A DNA stretch of 64,000 nt from Candidatus Micrarchaeota archaeon (GTDB lineage: Archaea > Micrarchaeota > Micrarchaeia > Micrarchaeales > Micrarchaeaceae). The notes below the pieces were generated by a model. The model did no database searches. It saw only the letters and a list, made by a program, of their open reading frames with translations, and was not told the origin of the DNA. The stretch's first letter is position 1. Each line of letters opens with the position of its first letter. The DNA lies in NCBI GenBank assembly GCA_021799635.1, contig JAJZAB010000001.1, positions 158,505 through 222,504 of the forward strand, given 5' to 3'. The position numbers were made by a program, and so were the translations under genes. This document shows, piece after piece, positions 59,529 through 64,000 of this stretch.

Positions 59529-60257
59529 ATGATTCTTGAAGTAAAGGATTTGCACGTACAGATAGAAGGAAATGATATAATCAATGGTGTAAACCTTTTG
59601 ATAAAGGAAGGAGAAACCCATGTGATAATGGGACATAATGGATCAGGGAAGACGACTCTAGCTAAGGTAATAATGGGGTATCCTAAGCTTAAGCCTCTCT
59701 CCGGAGACATACTTGTTGATGGCAACAGCATAGTTGGGCTCTCAGCTGATAAAAGGGCGAAAATGGGGCTTTTCTTAGGTTTCCAGACTCCTGTTGAAGT
59801 TGAGGGAGTAGGGTTTATAAATTTCCTGCACAGTGCAAAGGAAGCAATATCGGAAAAAGTAGATACAAAAGAGCTCATGACTGAAATAAGGAATGGCGCA
59901 CAGAATCTTAAGATGGTGGATAACCTTATAGGTAGATCTCTTAACCAGGGATTTTCTGGAGGGGAAAAGAAAAAGGCTGAGATCCTGCAGATGGAAGTCC
60001 TAAAGCCGCGTATAGCCATATTGGATGAACCAGACTCTGGGCTAGATATAGATGCTGTTAAGATAGTAGCACAAAATATAAATGAAATAGCCAAAAAAAA
60101 CAAGATGGGGCTCATAATAATAACACATTATAGCAGGATATTGTCTTACATGGACCCTCAGTTTGTACACGTTATGTCAAAAGGAAAAATAGTAGCTGAA
60201 GGCGGAAAAGAATTAATAAACAAGCTGGAGGCTGAAGGCTATGAATCATTTTCATAA
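59529..60257 (+). CDS. sufC: SufC ATPase
   Basis: GHNGSGKT, GFSGGEKKKAEILQ, LDEPDSGLDID, ITHY. Confidence 0.96.
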   Translation: MILEVKDLHVQIEGNDIINGVNLLIKEGETHVIMGHNGSGKTTLAKVIMGYPKLKPLSGDILVDGNSIVGLSADKRAKMGLFLGFQTPVEVEGVGFINFLHSAKEAISEKVDTKELMTEIRNGAQNLKMVDNLIGRSLNQGFSGGEKKKAEILQMEVLKPRIAILDEPDSGLDIDAVKIVAQNINEIAKKNKMGLIIITHYSRILSYMDPQFVHVMSKGKIVAEGGKELINKLEAEGYESFS

Positions 60258-60299
60258 GAAATTCAATAAACTAAGGTACATTGACAATTAGGTGTTTTT

Positions 60300-61535
60300 A
60301 TAGATGTACATAAAATTCGTAAAGATTTCCCCATATTGGAGACGCTGATGAACGGTAAGCGCCTGGTTTATTTAGACAACGCTGCGACGTCGCAGAAACC
60401 AAATAAGGTAATAGATGCAATACATGACTACTACACCCAATATAATGCAAACATACACAGGGGAGTATATAAAATATCCGAAAGGGCTACAGAAGAATAC
60501 ATAAATTCAAAACAGAAGCTGGCTGACATGGTTGGCGCTAGCTCAATCGAGGAAATTATATATGTTAGGAATACCACAGAAGCGATAAACCTGGTGGCAC
60601 TTACCTGGGGGGAGATGAATGTTAAAAAAGGAGACCATATACTTATATCCCAGATGGAGCATCACAGCAACATTATACCGTGGCAGATGCTAGCGAAGAG
60701 AAATGATGCGGTGCTAGACTACATCGAACTTGATGACAATAAAGCCGGGCTTTCGGAAGACAGTTTTAAGGAGCAGCTGGATAAGGATCCAAAGATAGTT
60801 TCTATAGCACATGTGTCAAATGTGCTTGGCAGCATAAATGATGTAAAAAAGATAACAAAGCTGGCGCATGATAGGGGCGCCTTTGTGCTTGTAGATGGGG
60901 CGCAATCAGCTCCCCATATGAAGGTTGACGTAGCCGATTTAGATTGTGATTTTTTTGCACTTTCAGCCCACAAAATGCTGGGGCCTACTGGAATCGGTGC
61001 ATTGTACGCAAAAAGAGAGGTACTGGATAAGATGCCACCGCTCTTTGGAGGAGGAGATATGATAAAATCAGTGAGCATGCAGACTTACACGCCGAATGAC
61101 CTCCCGTGGAAATTTGAGGCAGGGACTTCCAATATTGAAGGAGGCATAGCATTCGGAGCAGCGATAGATTATCTGGATGGTGTTGGTTTGGATAGTATAA
61201 GGAAGCACGAAAAGAAGCTTACAGAATACGCAATAAAATCCCTTTCCGAAATAGATGGAGTTAGGGTTTTTGGATATGGGCCAAAGGAAACAGACAAGCG
61301 AGGGGGAGTTGTATCTTTCTCAATCAGGGGAGTCCACCCGCATGACGTAGCTACGATATTCGATAGCGATGGCGTTGCGATAAGGGCTGGGCATCATTGC
61401 GCCATGCCGCTTGTCACCGGAGTGCTTGGCCAGGGATCACTTTCCCGAATAAGTTTTTATTTGTACAACGATATAGATGACATTGACAAGGCCGTTCGGG
61501 CAATAGAGAAGGTAAAAAAGATTTTCAAATGTTGA
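60300..61535 (+). CDS. sufS: Cysteine desulfurase SufS
   Basis: IRKDFPIL, YLDNAATSQKP, DGAQS, SAHKMLGPTGIG, RAGHHCA. Probable ATA start at 60300. Confidence 0.95.
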   Translation: MDVHKIRKDFPILETLMNGKRLVYLDNAATSQKPNKVIDAIHDYYTQYNANIHRGVYKISERATEEYINSKQKLADMVGASSIEEIIYVRNTTEAINLVALTWGEMNVKKGDHILISQMEHHSNIIPWQMLAKRNDAVLDYIELDDNKAGLSEDSFKEQLDKDPKIVSIAHVSNVLGSINDVKKITKLAHDRGAFVLVDGAQSAPHMKVDVADLDCDFFALSAHKMLGPTGIGALYAKREVLDKMPPLFGGGDMIKSVSMQTYTPNDLPWKFEAGTSNIEGGIAFGAAIDYLDGVGLDSIRKHEKKLTEYAIKSLSEIDGVRVFGYGPKETDKRGGVVSFSIRGVHPHDVATIFDSDGVAIRAGHHCAMPLVTGVLGQGSLSRISFYLYNDIDDIDKAVRAIEKVKKIFKC

Positions 61536-61539
61536 TTGT

Positions 61540-61935
61540 TTGCCGCTGGACATATACGCTGAGGATATTTTATCACACTACGAACATCCGCATAATAAGT
61601 TGAGGCTTAAGGACTTCGATGCAAGCTTCAGTGATGAAAATCCTCTGTGTGGTGATACGATAACGATATATATTAAAGTAAGTAATATGAAGGTATCCGA
61701 CATATCATTCGGTGGGGATGGATGTTCAATAAGCCAGAGTACGGCGAGCATGCTTACTGACTATGTGAAAGGGATGTTATTGGAAGACGTGGAGAAAATA
61801 GACTATGATAAGATAAAGGAGTTGCTAGGGATAAACCTTGGACCAGCAAGGATGAACTGCGCTATGCTGCCTCTCAAGGCCCTCCACGGTGCAGTCAAAG
61901 CCTATAAAAACAGTAATAAAGCTACTGAGAAATAG
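61540..61935 (+). CDS. sufU: SufU/IscU-type sulfur transfer/scaffold protein
   Basis: NPLCGD, GCSISQS, RMNCA. Confidence 0.92.
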   Translation: MPLDIYAEDILSHYEHPHNKLRLKDFDASFSDENPLCGDTITIYIKVSNMKVSDISFGGDGCSISQSTASMLTDYVKGMLLEDVEKIDYDKIKELLGINLGPARMNCAMLPLKALHGAVKAYKNSNKATEK

Positions 61936-62638
61936 TTATCTCAAGCCTCTTGTTGTGTGAGCCTTTATTCTCAAGCTTTGTTAATGCTATTGCCCCTATC
62001 TCACTGGTGTTTGCCACGTGGGTACCTCCGTCGGCTTGGGCATCAAACCCAACTATTTCTATCACTCTAACGTGATCCATGCTGCTAACCAACTGCCTGC
62101 CAGGTTCAGTCCGCACTAGATCCGGGATTTTGAGGGCTTCTGCCTTTGGTAAATCTTTTGCAACGACTGCATATCCTCGCTTGATCACCTCATTTGCCTC
62201 GGCAGTTAACTTCTCTGCAAATTTTTTGTCCATCTCAGGCATATCAAAATCTATCCTGGCCCTATCCACGTATATTTGGTTTCCAGTAGGCTTAATGCCA
62301 TATTTTTTCTCTGCTATTGCATCTATTATGTGTAGCGTAGTGTGATATTTCATGCACACATATCTTCTGTCCCAGTTTATAATTCCTTTTACTGCATCTC
62401 CCTTTTTTGCCTCTGGAGTTCCATCTAAGTTGTGTACTATGCTGTCTTTATCCGAGACCATCCCAATTACCATAAATTTCTTACCACCTATTTCGATAGT
62501 ACCCAGGTCGTTTGGCTGCCCTCCACCGCCAGGGTAGAAGGCCGTTTGGTCTAAAACAACAGTGTTGGCGGCTATATTTTCAATCTCAGCGTTAAACTCT
62601 TTTATGTAGGGATCATTCCAGTAGAGCCTTGTTGTCAT
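61922..62638 (-). CDS. alaX: Alanyl-tRNA editing protein AlaX-M
   Basis: LDQTAFYPGGGGQP, MKYHTTLH, DGGTHV. Confidence 0.92.
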   Translation of the reverse strand: MTTRLYWNDPYIKEFNAEIENIAANTVVLDQTAFYPGGGGQPNDLGTIEIGGKKFMVIGMVSDKDSIVHNLDGTPEAKKGDAVKGIINWDRRYVCMKYHTTLHIIDAIAEKKYGIKPTGNQIYVDRARIDFDMPEMDKKFAEKLTAEANEVIKRGYAVVAKDLPKAEALKIPDLVRTEPGRQLVSSMDHVRVIEIVGFDAQADGGTHVANTSEIGAIALTKLENKGSHNKRLEITISQ

Positions 62639-62721
62639 CCAATTACCGTTTTTGTTTATTTTTAGCTGATTTGGTATTATAGGTCATATACTTGGTATGT
62701 TTTCCTGCTTCAACAGTTAAT

Positions 62722-62774
62722 GATCAGAGACTCTCTTTTTCATCACAAATCAGAAATACCTCGTTTCATCACAT
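62722..62774 (-). ncRNA. Dual-guide C/D-box sRNA
   Basis: GTGATGA (C), AACGAGGTATTT, CTGA (D'), TTT, GTGATGA (C'), AAAAGAGAGTCT, CTGA (D). Both guides are 12 nt. Confidence 0.88.
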
Positions 62775-62841
62775 ATTATTATTCTAATAGCAGAATTTAA
62801 GTTTTTGCATGAAGGCAACTTCAATGCAGCATATAAATATT

Positions 62842-63705
62842 TCATGCTACTAGGAAATATGCAGCCGCTATTAGCACCATTGAAAGTATAATTTTTCTTT
62901 TTATGTTTGATTCTTTAAATACAATCCCGCCAGACATAACTGTTATTATAACGTAGATTGTATTCCTTAATGGGACTACAAGGCTTATCGCAACTAACGA
63001 GGCGGCAAAGTAATATGTTGCGCGGTATGAAACCGTAAGGATACCCTGCCTCACCAATACAACTTTATTATTTTTGAAGTTTTTTATCAGCTCCCTTATT
63101 CCGCCATATCTTACCTGCATGTATATTGTAAAGTTGATTGCAGAAAAAACCTGTAGTAGTATTAGGGCTGTGAATGGGTTAACACTATATAATAGATATT
63201 TTAGTACTATTGCACTAACTCCGTTTATTACAGAGACAATTATAACTATGTAGGCGTAATTTTTGGTGTCAAAGTTCGATTTGCTGCCCTTTGCGTTTAC
63301 AAACAGCAGTATATATGTGGTTACTATCATAACCAGAATGCTTGCGTATTGGATTATGGTCAATTTTTCTCCAAGAAATATAAACGCGAGGATCACTGTA
63401 AAAAATATAGGCATGGAGCTGTACGTTGCTGAAGTGACGGATATGTTCCCATGTTTGTAAGTTCTTGCGGTAAGCAAATAGCCTGCGGTGGAAAGGAGGC
63501 TGAGTATGTAAACTAGGCCGATTTCAAACACATTTATGTTAAATTTTGCTAATGGCAGCAGTACAAGGCTTATCACTGCTGCAACTATCGCGAAATCGGA
63601 GCTGTATGCAGATGCATATTCATGGTACAGTGCCCTTTTTTCTAGTATAGTTGCGAGCCCCATTATGAGCGATGAGAAAAGGATAATGTAATACCAGGCA
63701 ATCAT
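62842..63705 (-). CDS. EamA/DMT-family transporter
   Basis: About 10 TM helices, LAFIFLGEKL and GIVFKE repeat motifs. Confidence 0.88.
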   Translation of the reverse strand: MIAWYYIILFSSLIMGLATILEKRALYHEYASAYSSDFAIVAAVISLVLLPLAKFNINVFEIGLVYILSLLSTAGYLLTARTYKHGNISVTSATYSSMPIFFTVILAFIFLGEKLTIIQYASILVMIVTTYILLFVNAKGSKSNFDTKNYAYIVIIVSVINGVSAIVLKYLLYSVNPFTALILLQVFSAINFTIYMQVRYGGIRELIKNFKNNKVVLVRQGILTVSYRATYYFAASLVAISLVVPLRNTIYVIITVMSGGIVFKESNIKRKIILSMVLIAAAYFLVA

Positions 63706-63722
63706 TTTAACACTGGGCCGAG

Positions 63723-63795
63723 TAGCCCCGACCGGATTCGAACCGATGTAAGCGGGTCCAAAGCCCGCTATCCTTGGCCACTAGATGACGGGGCT
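63723..63795 (-). tRNA. tRNA-Gln(UUG), intronless
   Basis: AGCCCCG/CGGGGCT, GCGGG-CTTTGGA-CCCGC, ATCGG-TTCGAAT-CCGGT. Confidence 0.95.
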
Positions 63796-63836
63796 ATTTC
63801 TATTATATCGGCTGTTGCAATTTATAAGGATTTTTA

Positions 63837-64000
63837 TTAGTAGGACTTGGCGAAATTTACTATGAATTTCGCACTGCTGCCACATATTGCGCAGCTCTTG
63901 CCTTTTGCCTTATCCTGCACATCGAACGGCATGTTTGTGGCCTTTGCGGCAGTGTCTCTTTTCACTTTGGCTTCGCAATCCTTTGAGCCACACCAAGGAG
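63837..64000 (-). CDS. proS: Proline-tRNA ligase, C-terminal fragment
   Basis: PWCGSKDCEAKVK...CAICGSSAKFIVNFAKSY*, the archaeal ProRS Zn-binding end. Confidence 0.9.
   Translation of the reverse strand, partial: PWCGSKDCEAKVKRDTAAKATNMPFDVQDKAKGKSCAICGSSAKFIVNFAKSY

Noticed and set aside
1..64000. Mobile elements, CRISPR arrays, or integrated elements at the tRNAs
   Set aside because: No transposase, integrase, cas gene, repeat-spacer array or duplicated tRNA 3' end was seen.

Overview
Archaeal chromosomal core region, most likely from a Micrarchaeota (DPANN, ARMAN-like) genome. That assignment is inferred from gene content, AGGTG(A) Shine-Dalgarno sites, and tRNA introns at non-canonical positions (T-loop 59/60 and D-loop). 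The window is densely coding. It covers replication and repair (PolB, PolD DP1/DP2, PolX, FEN-1, RNase HII, Lhr with a metallophosphoesterase, SMC, class II RNR), translation (PheRS, partial ProRS, AlaX, Map, EF-2, nine r-proteins, deoxyhypusine synthase, Nop5), and cell division (FtsZ, PRC-barrel protein). It also encodes lipid tailoring (Tes-like tetraether synthase, geranylgeranyl reductase), a full sufBDCSU cluster and three tRNAs. No transposon, CRISPR array or provirus was seen. Features the ORF track misses: a canonical C/D-box guide sRNA, a 39-aa eL41/eS32-like ORF, structured leaders on three r-protein operons, probable non-canonical start codons (ATA, CTG, ATT), and palindromic operators upstream of suf and nrdJ. 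The best candidates for new systems are (1) a Cys/His-tailed HTH regulator embedded in the suf operon with a matching operator, and (2) a Tes with a metallothionein-like tail paired with a Cys-less HMA-fold protein. All family assignments come from motif recognition, not database searches.
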